A stretch of 33,066 nucleotides of DNA from an uncultured Phycisphaerales bacterium (lineage in GTDB: Bacteria; Planctomycetota; Phycisphaerae; Phycisphaerales; JAGLTS01), in contig CAZZPX010000002.1 in assembly GCA_964655955.1 (NCBI GenBank), forward strand, positions 1-33,066, written 5' to 3'. Below the pieces are notes generated by a model, which searched no databases, was not told the DNA's origin, and was given only the letters and a program-made list of their open reading frames with translations. Of this stretch, positions 24,145 to 32,095 are shown one piece after another (within the stretch, counting starts at the first letter, position 1; each line of letters begins with the position of its first letter). Both the position numbers and the translations under genes were made by a program.

Positions 24145-27099
24145 GTGGCTCTGTCGTTTCAAGACCAGCTCAACGTCGGCATCGCCAGCATAACGAGCGG
24201 CGACATGGACCTATTGTCCACGATGCTGCTTGAACCGAACAGCGTCACGCTGGACGAAATGCGGACCACTTCCGACAAGCTTGGTGTGACGGGATCGTTC
24301 CAGCGATGGTTCGTTGACACCGTGACTGATCCGACCGTGCTCGTGGCGTGGCTGCTCTCCCGGCGCTACCCAACGTCGAGCTGGTTGACCGGGCGCGTGG
24401 CCGACCGGCATATCGGGTCAGCGAATGATTTCACCGGCGTCAGCATGTTCACCCGCCCGGTCGAGAACTACTTCCGTGGCACGAACATCCCCAAGCTTGT
24501 CGGCCTGTCCATGCGCCGGCACGCCGAAGTGATGAAGGTCGGCAAGACAATGTTCGACCGATTCATGAATCGGCCCAACTGGCGAAACGAGAAGCCTATC
24601 GTCAGCCTGCTCATGGAGGGCCAGAATCCGTCCGGCGCAACCCCAGAGCTTCGCACACTGGCCACTACGCTGCGGCAGGACATGGATGAACTGTGGGGCT
24701 TTCTACGGCACGCCAAGGACATTGACGTTGGCCTGTACAACGAAACGGTGAGCAAGGCGCGCTGGCGGGAACGATCGCACACAGGGGCTGCGCAATACCT
24801 GAGAGACTATCTTCCCCACCTTCCGGCGACCTATTCAAACGAATCGGTAGTCGCCTTGGGCGGACAGGAGGCTCTTCGCCAACTCGGCAAGAACCAGGTA
24901 TGGGGTATGCTCAAAGCGTCCGGACTTACGCCGGAAACCGTCTGGAGCGTGGACAAAGCTGGCCGGCTGTCGTCGAACTTTGCCAAGGTGCAGGAGTTCA
25001 TGAACAACGGCGGCGACAAGATCATCAATCCGCGTCTGTACCAGAGGACCAGGCATAACTTGCCGATCCAGAGCGCCATGGGCCAGGAACTGTTCGTGGC
25101 CGACCTGGACGTTGTGTTGCAGCATTATGTCAACAGCGTGGCGCGGTCCTACGCCAATTACGCACCGCTGTCCAAGACTGAGCGGGCCATTTCCAGTTCC
25201 ATCATCGAGCATCGGGACGGAAGTGTTGGGCGAATCTACCCCAGCGAGGACCCGATACTGGTTCAGGTCATTAACGAGGGTATCGACAGCCTTGGCGGCA
25301 ACATCGTTCAAAGGCAGGTCCCTGGAACGCCTCACGTCCGAAGCGAATTGACTGCCGGCACCGGCAACTATCACATGCTGAGCGGACTCAAGACCCTGGT
25401 CCGGGCCATGCGCGGCGACCTGTCGGACGATGAGATTTTGTGGGGCAACCTGTATTCGTCGGCTCGCGCATCGTTTGATCGGGCCGCTGGCCGGGTTCTG
25501 GGCCGAAAGCAGGAGGCCACACTCGACGCTACGCTCAATTCGATCCAGCGAAGCCGCGACTACCGACGCCACATGAACGGGATTGCTGGCTATTTCTATG
25601 CCACCACGCTTGGCCTGAACCCCTGGACGGCCATGCAGAACATCTTGCAGCCGGCTATCACGACAGCACCCAGCATCGGCATTGGCCCGACGCTGGCCGG
25701 ATATCGCACGCTGGGCAAGAAAGTTGGCGACTACATGAACGCCATCGCCCGCCGGCATCGAATGATGCGCGGCAATCAGAGCGTAGGAGCTACCGGGCGG
25801 CTCATGTCGTCGGTCGAGTCGGCGTTCGAGGACACATTCCCGGAGCTGGCCCAGGCCGGCATGCGGATCGATCCGCGGCTGTTCGAGGGGACTGGGGAAT
25901 TCCTGGTTAATGAGGGCGGTCGCCGCGTGTTCCGCAACGTGGACGACTACTTGCGGGCGACGATGCTTCCGTTTACGCAGACCGAAGCGGCCAACCAAAT
26001 CGTCAGCTTCTACGGCTCAAAGGAAGCGCTGCGGCGTGCCATGCGAGCCGGCGAATGGACTCCGCCAACATCACTGACAACAGGCAAGCCTGTCGTTGGG
26101 TTCGAGCTTGAAGAGGCACTGAACTTCGAGGCGTCGATGAATGTCAACGCCACACAATTCAGGCCCGGACCTGGAAGCCGCACAAAGTTTCAGTCGCTTC
26201 TACCGGCTCCGTTCCGGCAAATGACGACGTTCGCGACCAGGCTGTTCAACTACTTTACGGAATCTACCGTTCGCGGAGCCATGACCAGGGCCGAGCTTGG
26301 GCAGTCCGGCCTGTGGGCACAGGTGACGGGCGGCCGGAACCTGGGCCCGCTGTCCAGAACCTACCTGTACGGGAAGATCGCAGCTAACGGCGCTCGGGAA
26401 GTGCTGGGCATTGATCTGACCGGAGCGCTGGGCGTTACGGCCCCGTTCGCGAACACTTCGCCCGGACTTGGCGTTGTGCCGCTTCCGATACCGCCGCTTC
26501 CGACGACCATTGGCGGAATCGTCAGCTTTACGGCGACCAGGGACGTGAAGGACTTGCAGCCGCTGGAACTCCCGGGCGGTTATCAGGTTCCCATACCCAA
26601 GACATTGTTCCCGGCCGGCGTGTCTGCGAATCGACTCTTCCGCGCCATGAACCAATGGAGGCCGGACGTTGGCGGGTTTGTCGATGAAAATGAACGGCTG
26701 ATGTGGCGCGGCACTAGCACAGATTTGATCATGTCGATGCTAGGTATTCCGCTGGAAAAGCAGCGCAGGGCAAGGCATGATATGGAGCGTTTGCACGCCA
26801 ATCGGACCGCGATTCGAGACTTTCGTCGCCGATTCGCAGTGGCTCGATTGAATGGCGATTACGCCGAAATGGACGTGCTGCAACAGAACTACCAGAAGGC
26901 GTTCCCGGATATGGCCCCGCTGTCTGTCTCTGACGCAGACCTTCGCAGGTATCGCGAACAGTCCCGAATAACGCGGGTCGAGCGAATGCTGCAATCGATG
27001 GGGTCCAGGTCGAGGTACCTTCAGGATCACATATACGATCATGATCCCGATTTAATTGCGGAACCGAGTCCGCTGTCTGTACTGGTGAATTCGCTATGA
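24145..27099 (+). CDS. Large internal virion / ejection-type protein (984 aa, GTG start)
   Basis: AGGAG SD. Size and position resemble podovirus core proteins. I could not see a transglycosylase or peptidase motif. Confidence 0.65.
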   Translation: MALSFQDQLNVGIASITSGDMDLLSTMLLEPNSVTLDEMRTTSDKLGVTGSFQRWFVDTVTDPTVLVAWLLSRRYPTSSWLTGRVADRHIGSANDFTGVSMFTRPVENYFRGTNIPKLVGLSMRRHAEVMKVGKTMFDRFMNRPNWRNEKPIVSLLMEGQNPSGATPELRTLATTLRQDMDELWGFLRHAKDIDVGLYNETVSKARWRERSHTGAAQYLRDYLPHLPATYSNESVVALGGQEALRQLGKNQVWGMLKASGLTPETVWSVDKAGRLSSNFAKVQEFMNNGGDKIINPRLYQRTRHNLPIQSAMGQELFVADLDVVLQHYVNSVARSYANYAPLSKTERAISSSIIEHRDGSVGRIYPSEDPILVQVINEGIDSLGGNIVQRQVPGTPHVRSELTAGTGNYHMLSGLKTLVRAMRGDLSDDEILWGNLYSSARASFDRAAGRVLGRKQEATLDATLNSIQRSRDYRRHMNGIAGYFYATTLGLNPWTAMQNILQPAITTAPSIGIGPTLAGYRTLGKKVGDYMNAIARRHRMMRGNQSVGATGRLMSSVESAFEDTFPELAQAGMRIDPRLFEGTGEFLVNEGGRRVFRNVDDYLRATMLPFTQTEAANQIVSFYGSKEALRRAMRAGEWTPPTSLTTGKPVVGFELEEALNFEASMNVNATQFRPGPGSRTKFQSLLPAPFRQMTTFATRLFNYFTESTVRGAMTRAELGQSGLWAQVTGGRNLGPLSRTYLYGKIAANGAREVLGIDLTGALGVTAPFANTSPGLGVVPLPIPPLPTTIGGIVSFTATRDVKDLQPLELPGGYQVPIPKTLFPAGVSANRLFRAMNQWRPDVGGFVDENERLMWRGTSTDLIMSMLGIPLEKQRRARHDMERLHANRTAIRDFRRRFAVARLNGDYAEMDVLQQNYQKAFPDMAPLSVSDADLRRYREQSRITRVERMLQSMGSRSRYLQDHIYDHDPDLIAEPSPLSVLVNSL

Positions 27100-27422
27100 A
27101 GATGAGGACGCAACAATTCGGCCTTTGCAAGAAGCCGAGTCAACTGGTGACAATCGAAACTCCGGTGGGGTTTATCTCGATCTCCGGAAAGAACATCGAG
27201 GTCGAAATACCGGCGTGCCTTCGCGCCCACAAGGGCAGAGAGCGCGCCATAGAGCACGCCCGCTGGCTGAGTGTAGACGGCGAGATCGTAAGTCCGAAGT
27301 ATTCGATCCTCTCTCCGGTGACGGACTCGGAAGGATCGATCATCGGACTGGAATCACCGAATGAGTTTTTCGTCGCTTGCGGTGCCGGCGACATGGAGGA
27401 CGAACGCGATGAACAGGAGTGA
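27096..27422 (+). CDS. Hypothetical protein (108 aa) with an acidic tail
   Basis: ATGA overlap with the previous gene. Confidence 0.55.
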   Translation: MKMRTQQFGLCKKPSQLVTIETPVGFISISGKNIEVEIPACLRAHKGRERAIEHARWLSVDGEIVSPKYSILSPVTDSEGSIIGLESPNEFFVACGAGDMEDERDEQE

Positions 27423-27423
27423 T

Positions 27424-27930
27424 ATGGTCCACGCATGGCGTCTCTGGCGTCAGTGGGTCGGCGGCGCGGCAGAGGACACGATTGGTTCATACGGCCCGGA
27501 CGACAAACCAACTACCGGACTGATCGGCGTTGGCGGATGTCGGGCCATTGCGCTGCGCATCTTCGGAAAAGATGCGGATAACGAGACCGGGACGATAACC
27601 ATCATCGGGTGGAACAACAACGGCCCTGGTCAGGTGCTATGGCAGGGGCAGGTCATTCTTGGGGCTACGGTGTTTGACGAAAAGGTCATACCCGGAACAG
27701 TCGTCGCGGCCGGAAACTGGTTTGAGGTGGATACTTACGATTCAAGCGGCGGAAGCAATGCGTGCGGCGCACAGGTGTTCGACGGCGGGGCACAAGCGTT
27801 GTTGATGGTCCCGACGCTCGGATACACCGACCTGGACATTCGGGCCACGGACAAGGATGGATCAACAGGGTCCGAAGCGGCTACGCTTTGTGCGATCTAC
27901 CGGACCCACGACGCGATGCTGGTGGTTTGA
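27424..27930 (+). CDS. Hypothetical beta-rich protein (168 aa from the ATG at 27424)
   Basis: AGGAG 5 nt upstream of the ATG at 27424. The track start at 27361 overlaps the upstream gene. Confidence 0.55.
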   Translation: MVHAWRLWRQWVGGAAEDTIGSYGPDDKPTTGLIGVGGCRAIALRIFGKDADNETGTITIIGWNNNGPGQVLWQGQVILGATVFDEKVIPGTVVAAGNWFEVDTYDSSGGSNACGAQVFDGGAQALLMVPTLGYTDLDIRATDKDGSTGSEAATLCAIYRTHDAMLVV

Positions 27931-27933
27931 TTC

Positions 27934-29382
27934 ATGGCGCACGAGTTCTGTCAACCATTCGCGTACCCGATACGATCGGACCCGGCCGCGGCCACGATAG
28001 GCATCATGCGCACGGCCGAGGCCGACGGGGACGTTCTGTTCAAGGTCAAGTACTGGCTGGCCAGTGCGGGAGAGGGAGAGGCCGTAACAACCGATCCGGT
28101 CCAGTCGAACGTACTCTCCGTGCCGGAGCGGATGATTGCGACTCTGCCCGACTTGGTTCCGAACGCCAAGTACGAATTCAAGATCATTCACAACCTGAAC
28201 GATGCGGGCGATGTTGAACTTGAGCGGGTTGGCACATTCTGGGGTCCAACCGATTCAGTGGACGCCGAAGTGTGCGGGGCTTTAATCGGAGACATTCACA
28301 ACGGCAATGACGCCGTGGCCGACAAGTCTGCTCAGCAGCTTCAGGACGTGGACAGCGTTGCTGATGTAATGGTTGCGCGTGGCTGCCAGATAGCCATATT
28401 TGGCGGCGACGATGTACACAATGTTCAGAAAACATACCTAACCGGAGAGAATGATTCAGAGAAGGTTGCCGCCGTTCACACCGCCTACAAGAACTTTTGC
28501 GAAGTTTGGGAGCGCCCAATGTCGCTGGCGGCATGCTATTGGATACATGGGAACCATGAGGGAACCGGCGCTGAGTGGTACGGGGATGAAGCGCTTACCG
28601 AAAGCCTTGTCGCAGGAATGTGGCAGCAATGGCACACGGCTGCACATAAGCAGTTCTTCGGCAATCCGGCAACGGATATTGGAGAAGATGATTCGGAGTG
28701 GGCAGACCCGGACGACATAACAAACACAGAGGCTTGGGTTGCAGCACCTAATCAGCCTCCTTTTGAGTCTAGCTTCGCGATTCGCCACGGTCCGGTGCTG
28801 ATCGTTGGCGTCGATACGGAGCGATTCGGAGCCCCAGGAGAGTCAGCATTGGCCGGCATAGCAACACTTGGAGAGTCTCAACTTAACTGGGCTGTGTCTG
28901 CCGCCCAGTCATCTGACGCGATCTGGAAGATTCTGATTCTGCACAGGCCATCGGGCGGATATCGCAGGGGCGACGCAACGTTAACTTCGTACCGCAGAGG
29001 GAACCCGGCAGTTGTCGCCGGCCAAAAGCAGTATGCCTGGGGCCGATCCGAATTTGAACGACTGGTGGTTGGGGGCGGGTTTCATGCAGTCATGAGCTAT
29101 CACGACCACATAAATACGATGCAGCGATACGTGAAGCGCTCGGGCATCCCCTGCTTCCAGGGTGGCTCCCCGACAGTTCCATTCTCGTGGACCACCCACT
29201 TTCGAGGACTGCCCAGCGCGCGGCAGCACGTTTATAACAACTTCAGGTCGATCTGGGTCTATAACGCGACCAGGGATGTGTGCGTGCTTCGGTGCATACG
29301 AACCGTCAATGGGGACAGGGATGGTACGCTAAATGAGGTTGTGTTTGAGCACCGACTGAAGAGATCAGTCCACTTCGGATAG
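27934..29382 (+). CDS. Calcineurin-like metallophosphoesterase with an N-terminal FN3/beta-sandwich domain, resembling purple acid phosphatases (482 aa, no signal peptide)
   Basis: All five MPE motifs occur in order: GDIHNG, GGDDVHN, GNHEG, ILILHRP, YHDH. The N-terminal LPDLVPNAKYEFKI resembles the PAP N-domain strand. Confidence 0.8.
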   Translation: MAHEFCQPFAYPIRSDPAAATIGIMRTAEADGDVLFKVKYWLASAGEGEAVTTDPVQSNVLSVPERMIATLPDLVPNAKYEFKIIHNLNDAGDVELERVGTFWGPTDSVDAEVCGALIGDIHNGNDAVADKSAQQLQDVDSVADVMVARGCQIAIFGGDDVHNVQKTYLTGENDSEKVAAVHTAYKNFCEVWERPMSLAACYWIHGNHEGTGAEWYGDEALTESLVAGMWQQWHTAAHKQFFGNPATDIGEDDSEWADPDDITNTEAWVAAPNQPPFESSFAIRHGPVLIVGVDTERFGAPGESALAGIATLGESQLNWAVSAAQSSDAIWKILILHRPSGGYRRGDATLTSYRRGNPAVVAGQKQYAWGRSEFERLVVGGGFHAVMSYHDHINTMQRYVKRSGIPCFQGGSPTVPFSWTTHFRGLPSARQHVYNNFRSIWVYNATRDVCVLRCIRTVNGDRDGTLNEVVFEHRLKRSVHFG

Positions 29383-29392
29383 GGAGAGCGGC

Positions 29393-29806
29393 ATGCGACG
29401 GATCGCAATACTTGTCATCCTTCTGGCGGGCTGTGTGTCTCGGCCCAATTCGTCAGTTGACGTTGGTGGTCCTGTGGATCGAATCGATTCGGACGCCTGG
29501 TCCGGGGCGATAGCTGCGAAAGTGGCGGCGGATGTCCGAACCACAATCGACGCCAAGGCCGATCTCGATGCCCGCGTTGACGCGATTGTGGCGTCTACGA
29601 TTCGACTGCAAGCCGATGTTGCGGCGTTTTCGGCCAAGCTGGATCAGCGCGCAGGCAGAGACATTAACAATCCCTGGATTGCGGTCGCCGGGATATTCGC
29701 TGTGCCGATTACCATTGGGCTAACGATCTTAGCCTATGCTACGATGCACCGCTGGAAGTCTCTCAGGAATCTCCTTGACACCCTCAAGGGAAAACCTCAG
29801 GCGTGA
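29393..29806 (+). CDS. Lipoprotein with a C-terminal transmembrane helix; candidate unimolecular spanin (137 aa)
   Basis: Signal plus lipobox MRRIAILVILLAGC, a helical Ala/Asp-rich middle, a C-terminal TM segment WIAVAGIFAVPITIGLTILAYATM, and GGGAGAG SD. Confidence 0.55.
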   Translation: MRRIAILVILLAGCVSRPNSSVDVGGPVDRIDSDAWSGAIAAKVAADVRTTIDAKADLDARVDAIVASTIRLQADVAAFSAKLDQRAGRDINNPWIAVAGIFAVPITIGLTILAYATMHRWKSLRNLLDTLKGKPQA

Positions 29807-29822
29807 ATCAGAAATCATTGAG

Positions 29823-30146
29823 ATGGAGCGGGAAGATATGTCTGAGAAAAACGGCAATTTATTCCGGAATCGCTGGCGGGCACTGGTTGCAACAGCAGTG
29901 GCCGCTGGGGCGCTATGCAGTACGGTTGCCCTGGCTTCTAAGTATTACATTGATGAGGGCGACAAGAAAACGGCAGGCGGCGCTGCCTCTAATTTGTTGG
30001 CCCATATCGAGTCCGGCCATCCAGAAGCATCGAAGCAAAGGATGACACTGATGCGTGAAGTGGCTCGCGTTCAAACGCAAGTCGAGGCGATCGACAAGAG
30101 GCTGAGTCGCATCGAGGACAAGCTGGACGCGATCGCAAGGGACTAG
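29823..30146 (+). CDS. Type II membrane protein with a coiled-coil ectodomain, i-spanin-like or holin-like (107 aa; alternative ATG at 29838)
   Basis: N-terminal TM segment WRALVATAVAAGALCSTVALA, followed by REVARVQTQVEAIDKRLSRIEDKLDAIARD. Confidence 0.5.
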   Translation: MEREDMSEKNGNLFRNRWRALVATAVAAGALCSTVALASKYYIDEGDKKTAGGAASNLLAHIESGHPEASKQRMTLMREVARVQTQVEAIDKRLSRIEDKLDAIARD

Positions 30147-30268
30147 AGCCGTCCCGTCAGTGACAAGTACAGCAGCACACCTAACGCGGCAATGAGCACA
30201 AGTCCCGCCCACACGCCGGCCGTGCCGTTTTCGTAATCGTCGTTCAGTGGATGGCGGTTGCGGTTCAT
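30143..30268 (-). CDS. Possible 41 aa membrane peptide
   Basis: Translation MNRNRHPLNDDYENGTAGVWAGLVLIAALGVLLYLSLTGRL has a clear TM helix. However it has no SD and starts right after a terminator T-tract. Its stop overlaps the stop of the convergent + gene. Confidence 0.3.
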   Translation of the reverse strand: MNRNRHPLNDDYENGTAGVWAGLVLIAALGVLLYLSLTGRL

Positions 30269-30271
30269 GTA

Positions 30272-30310
30272 GAAAAAGGCGCTGGCGGCGGCGCGCAACC
30301 GACCGCCAGC
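30272..30310 (-). terminator. Intrinsic terminator after the lipoprotein gene: GCTGGCGG (30281-30288) / CCGCCAGC (30303-30310), followed on the minus strand by GCCTTTTTCT
   Basis: 8 bp GC stem, 14 nt loop, and a T5 tract immediately 3' on the minus strand. Confidence 0.5.
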
Positions 30311-30329
30311 AAGGGAAGAGAGGAGGAGA

Positions 30330-30866
30330 TTAGGGTTCCGGCGTCATGGGTTGCGGTTCGGACAGCACTGGCTGAGTGCCGATCGACACGTCGGCGGAGC
30401 CAACGCCGTCAACGTCAAGGGTTGCGGCTGATCCGCGAAGCAGAGCAGCAGCGGCAGCACCAAGCTCCCCGATGATGCCGCCGCCGGCTGCGCCAAGCGA
30501 TGCAGCGGTACTGCCCAGCCCATCGAAAATGATCTTCGCGTTTTGGCCGGCAAGTTCATGCTGGCGAATCACGCGGGCCGATTCGATGCGTCTGGTCTCT
30601 TCCATCGCCGTGACGAGCTTGATCTGCTCCTGCATCACGCCGATAGGATCGCTGCTCATACTGGCCTTGACGCCAGTTACTTCGCCGTTGGGTCCAAACG
30701 TGACATCGACGTTGCCTTGTAGCGTGGTCGAGATTCGGAACTTGCCGCCGAAGATGCCCCAGCTTCCTTCTATGGCAGGTTCCTTCAGTCCGAACAGGGA
30801 CTCGGCAGTTTGTGTACAGCCGGACGCCAAGCCCACCAGCAACATGAACGGCAGTACGCACTTCAT
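30330..30866 (-). CDS. Lipoprotein with a C-terminal glycine-zipper-like region (178 aa from the ATG at 30866)
   Basis: Signal plus lipobox MKCVLPFMLLVGLASGC, and GLGSTAASLGAAGGGIIGELGAAAAALL near the C-terminus. The start overlaps the stop of the upstream peptide (ATGA). The track start at 30974 is off-target. Confidence 0.65.
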   Translation of the reverse strand: MKCVLPFMLLVGLASGCTQTAESLFGLKEPAIEGSWGIFGGKFRISTTLQGNVDVTFGPNGEVTGVKASMSSDPIGVMQEQIKLVTAMEETRRIESARVIRQHELAGQNAKIIFDGLGSTAASLGAAGGGIIGELGAAAAALLRGSAATLDVDGVGSADVSIGTQPVLSEPQPMTPEP

Positions 30867-30979
30867 AGCCCACCTGCCTGCCCGGTGAGTGCCGCCACGA
30901 TCGCGGCGATGATGGGCGCAACCAGAGCGGCCAGAAGCGCATCGAAAAACCCTCCGATTGCTTCGGTAATCCAAGCCAT
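30863..30979 (-). CDS. 38 aa hydrophobic membrane peptide
   Basis: GGAGG 6 nt upstream of the ATG at 30979. Translation MAWITEAIGGFFDALLAALVAPIIAAIVAALTGQAGGL. Translationally coupled to the lipoprotein gene. Confidence 0.5.
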   Translation of the reverse strand: MAWITEAIGGFFDALLAALVAPIIAAIVAALTGQAGGL

Positions 30980-31013
30980 GATATTCCTCCGTGAATGCGC
31001 CAAACCCGTCGGT

Positions 31014-31041
31014 ATTTTACCCCGGATGGCGCGGGTGTCCA
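31014..31041 (-). promoter_or_regulatory. Candidate sigma70-type promoter: -35 TGGACA (31041-31036), 16 nt spacer, -10 TAAAAT (31019-31014)
   Basis: Read on the minus strand. Lies about 35 nt upstream of the peptide gene and directly after a terminator T-tract. Confidence 0.45.
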
Positions 31042-31084
31042 AAACAAACCGGGCTGGCCAGATTTGGCGCGTCTTAGCCAGCCC
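31042..31084 (-). terminator. Terminator of the leftward early operon: GGGCTGGC (31051-31058) / GCCAGCCC (31077-31084), followed on the minus strand by GGTTTGTTTT
   Basis: 8 bp GC stem, 18 nt loop, and a T-rich tail at 31042-31050. Confidence 0.45.
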
Positions 31085-31125
31085 GGCGCGCCGGGAACGC
31101 CCCGGCAGAGGAACGGAGATTGGAA

Positions 31126-31168
31126 GCCCCCGCCGACGTTCGGGCCGAAGGAGTGAGCCGGCGGGGGC
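31126..31168 (-). other. 10 bp GC stem-loop: GCCCCCGCCG (31126-31135) / CGGCGGGGGC (31159-31168), directly after the stop of the zinc-finger gene
   Basis: Perfect stem with a 23 nt loop that contains its own small hairpin. No U-tract. A 14 bp palindrome, CCCGGCGCGCCGGG, lies at 31082-31095. Confidence 0.4.
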
Positions 31169-31175
31169 GAAGGGG

Positions 31176-31448
31176 TTATGCTGATTCCCTTTTCTGGTGG
31201 ACTCCGCTTTCATCACAGAAGCCGCCGCAATGCTTCCACGTTCCGGTTCCGTGGCAGTATCCGCAAGGCACGTTGTTGTCGGGGTCCAGGCAGCAGCAGG
31301 TGTCCTCCCCGCAGTCGTGGTCAACGTAACCTTCACCGCTGCACATTTCGCACTCGTCAGTGACGACTTCGCAGCAGCGGCATCGCGGGCAGCATTCCCT
31401 GTCGAACGCTTCGCAGATCAGTTCAGTTGGCGTTTTGTCTGCTAGCAT
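31176..31448 (-). CDS. Cysteine-rich protein with DnaJ-type CxxCxGxG zinc-finger motifs (90 aa from the ATG at 31448)
   Basis: GGAGGAG SD. Contains CEMCSGEG and CGYCHGTG, plus CCPRCRCC and CCC clusters. Confidence 0.6.
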   Translation of the reverse strand: MLADKTPTELICEAFDRECCPRCRCCEVVTDECEMCSGEGYVDHDCGEDTCCCLDPDNNVPCGYCHGTGTWKHCGGFCDESGVHQKRESA

Positions 31449-31810
31449 CGGTTCAACTCCTCCAACGCGGCGGTGGCGGCAGCCTCGATACCGGATATGC
31501 CTGCCCACACTTTAGCGTCAGCCTTGTAGCCACTTGTTTTCAAGACCTGTACGTGGGTTAGTATCCCCTCCACCTTCGCCCGCGCGGCGGAGAGGCGGGC
31601 TTGCAACTTGGCCATCGCCAAGTCTCGCGTAACGTCCCATACGCCGTCGGGTAGGCCATACGCTTCCTGCAAGGATTTGTTCCATGCCTCCCGGCACTGG
31701 TGAATCATCGCCCCGTAAGCGTGCCATTTTCCGGCCAGCCTCAATACCTGCGCCTCTGCCTCTTCGATCGTCTGCGGTTCGGTCCAATCGCTCATACAGA
31801 CTCCAATCAT
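31442..31810 (-). CDS. Hypothetical helical protein (122 aa; alternative ATG at 31795 with a GGAG SD)
   Basis: Operon packing on both sides (ATGA overlap upstream, ATGCTAG overlap downstream). Confidence 0.55.
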   Translation of the reverse strand: MIGVCMSDWTEPQTIEEAEAQVLRLAGKWHAYGAMIHQCREAWNKSLQEAYGLPDGVWDVTRDLAMAKLQARLSAARAKVEGILTHVQVLKTSGYKADAKVWAGISGIEAAATAALEELNRC

Positions 31811-32076
31811 GTGTGTTCTGGATTGTTCAACTCTCGAATCGCCGTACTGGCTACCGACTTCAGTTCCCTTCGTGTCGGCGCAGACGCCACCGCTGACGAC
31901 AATTGTAGCAGCGTGGCGAACCGTCTCTTGGCGCGGGCGATTCTACGTGCTGCATCCCACAGCATTTCTGCTTGTGAGCCGCCAAGGTAGTCGCCCGGCT
32001 TTGCGCGTCTGCCATACATGGTGGTACAGAGCGCGTCCGTTGCGTCCATTCCGACAAATTCGTCAGTGTCGCTCAT
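31807..32076 (-). CDS. Hypothetical protein (89 aa from the ATG at 32076)
   Basis: GGAGGA SD upstream of the ATG at 32076. The upstream part of the 120 aa track ORF overlaps the previous gene. Confidence 0.5.
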   Translation of the reverse strand: MSDTDEFVGMDATDALCTTMYGRRAKPGDYLGGSQAEMLWDAARRIARAKRRFATLLQLSSAVASAPTRRELKSVASTAIRELNNPEHT

Positions 32077-32095
32077 ACATCCTCCGTCGGGCGGG

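Noticed and set aside
24835-25998. 387 aa minus-strand ORF inside the 984 aa gene
   Set aside because: Antisense shadow ORF, rejected for the same reasons as above.
30251-30475. 74 aa + strand ORF and other + strand ORFs (30376-30888, 30810-31184) over the moron region
   Set aside because: They are Arg/Pro/Ser-rich shadow frames opposite a lipoprotein gene that has a clear signal peptide, SD coupling, a promoter and a terminator.
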